This document shows, piece by piece, positions 62,655-64,000 of a stretch of DNA of 64,000 nt. The DNA is taken from positions 114,006-178,005 of the forward strand of contig CAWEMM010000001.1 of the NCBI GenBank assembly GCA_963810095.1, written 5' to 3'. The stretch's first letter is position 1, and each line of letters opens with the position of its first letter. The stretch comes from an uncultured Chloroflexia bacterium. Lineage in GTDB: Bacteria; Chloroflexota; Anaerolineae; CG2-30-64-16. A program made the position numbers and the translations under genes. The notes beneath the pieces are model-generated. The model was not told where the DNA came from. It did no database searches and saw nothing but the letters and a program-made list of their open reading frames with translations.

Positions 62655-63068
62655 GTGCAACAGGATATGGGAAACCAGATGGGACGCTCGCAGCAGAGCG
62701 GAATGGGTGGCGGCACGCGGATGAGCGAGGAGATGCGCCAGTGCATCGAGCACTGCACGAATTGCCACCGCATCTGCCTGGAGACGATTACGTACTGCCT
62801 GCAGATGGGCGGCAAGCACGCGGAGGCGAATCACATCCGGTTGCTGCAGGATTGCGCCGAGATTTGCCGGACAAGCGCGGACTTCATGATCCGCAGTTCA
62901 CAGTTCCACGGTCGCACGTGCGGCGTCTGCGCCGAGGTGTGCACCGCCTGCGGGCAAGACTGCCGGCAGATGGCCGGCGGCAGCGACCAGCAGATGATCG
63001 CCTGCGCCGAGATGTGCGAGCGCTGCGCGGAGTCCTGCCGCCGCATGTCGAGCGGACACCAGATGTAG
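62655..63068 (+). CDS. Cys-rich four-helix-bundle copper storage protein (Csp3/DUF326-like)
   Basis: Repeated CxxxCxxCxxxC helices (CIEHCTNCHRIC, DCAEIC, CGVCAEVCTAC, CAEMCERCAESC); no signal peptide. Confidence 0.9.
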   Translation: MQQDMGNQMGRSQQSGMGGGTRMSEEMRQCIEHCTNCHRICLETITYCLQMGGKHAEANHIRLLQDCAEICRTSADFMIRSSQFHGRTCGVCAEVCTACGQDCRQMAGGSDQQMIACAEMCERCAESCRRMSSGHQM

Positions 63069-63400
63069 ATTGGCGACCAGGGCGGGTCTCGGTGCGGGGA
63101 TATGACGGGCGAAAGCAACCGTCTCAGGCCTATTCAGGGCTCGGCGCGGCATCTGCGTCGCCGCCTGACGCTCCGCGGGGCGCGGCCTTGATCCAGATGA
63201 ACCACGGGACCGCGGCCAGCGACGCGACGCGCGTCCCCTCCAGTAACACGCTCTTGGCGAAGCAGGCCGTCAGGACGTCCTCAAACAGCGCCTGCAGTCG
63301 TTCCTAAACCGAGCGCCAGAGCGGACATCTTCACGCTGCGACTCGTTTAGCGGTTCGCTTCTGGTGTCGAGACCCTTGGGCGAACGGGGTCCAGCTCAGA

Positions 63401-63799
63401 ATGACGTTCCCGCAGCAGGCCCAGGAATTCCCGGGTGCGGGACCCACCGACAAAGTGGACATGTTTTACGTAGTGGCGCCACAGACCGGCACCCCGCAGG
63501 GCACGTTGCCCTTCCTGCACGACCACGTCGTCCGAGACGTGCCGAGCCAGAACCATGGCGCGTACAGCGTCCTTCTGCGCGGCTACTTCGTCCTCTGCAG
63601 TGAGCAGGGCATGATCAGCGGCGCCTGTGTACCCTACATGGCTGTCATCGAAGGTCTTGGAACGCTGCCCTTGGCCGCGACGGTCAACGGGCAGAGCCTG
63701 ACATCGGTCGAACCCATCGAGGCAGCCGCTAACTCCGCGTACATCATGCTGTTCGACACCGGGGCCACGTTCCTCGGCATTATCAACCCGAGCAAGTAG
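63401..63799 (+). CDS. Hypothetical protein, possibly 5'-truncated
   Basis: 132-aa ORF with coding-like codon usage and an HDHV motif; no family recognised. Confidence 0.5.
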   Translation: MTFPQQAQEFPGAGPTDKVDMFYVVAPQTGTPQGTLPFLHDHVVRDVPSQNHGAYSVLLRGYFVLCSEQGMISGACVPYMAVIEGLGTLPLAATVNGQSLTSVEPIEAAANSAYIMLFDTGATFLGIINPSK

Positions 63800-64000
63800 A
63801 GAATCGACCCGTAGGAGGAGAAACCATGGCGATTAACGAACCAATGCCTTCGATCAAGCCTGGCGCGGCCGGGCGCGGTTCCGGAAAATTCGTAGCCGGC
63901 GCCACGTTCGCGAGCTGACCAACGATGGCGCCTTCTCCGAAACTCAGTGGAGCGCACCGCGGCTTGGGTTTCGGAGAGGGGGATCCGCAGGAGTGAAAGG

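Noticed and set aside
63129-63303. Minus-strand coding-like fragment (ERLQALFEDVLTACFAK...)
   Set aside because: No start codon and no recognisable family; too short to call.
55588-64000. Intact integrative element or prophage at tRNA-Lys
   Set aside because: No integrase, phage genes or duplicated tRNA 3' end seen within the window.

Overview
High-GC bacterial chromosome segment, most likely Chloroflexota (Anaerolineae/Caldilineae-like). This is inferred from the V/E/K/T-rich lipoprotein linker, the Pro/Thr-rich secreted protein with an 'FLPLI' motif and the gene content. About a dozen conserved genes are split by single-base indels, which suggests unpolished long-read assembly rather than real pseudogenes. 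In order, the window holds: membrane/secreted genes and an M28 peptidase; a pteridine-reductase-like SDR; a DUF433/DUF5615 toxin-antitoxin pair; an extended SUF operon (sufR-C-B-D, sulfurtransferase, two SufU/IscU-like genes, decayed hicBA, sufS, Rieske ferredoxin, DUF59); and a BMP-type nucleoside ABC transporter with GntR and a fused 2Fe-2S/molybdopterin hydroxylase. Next comes a ~1200-aa SHMT-(GcvT-like)-GcvT fusion, the most striking item, lying ~4.5 kb from a glycine-riboswitch-controlled gcvH-gcvPA-gcvPB operon that lacks gcvT. The rest comprises typA, an Fpg-like glycosylase, a REP-associated tyrosine transposase with several REP-like palindrome families, a PP2C plus kinase-AAA-TPR module, an RNB nuclease, an IS1202-like element with a 17-bp target duplication, tRNA-Lys(CTT), and a copper-related accessory region (CopB, Csp-like protein, IS5-type element, gene remnants). 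No CRISPR array or rRNA was seen.
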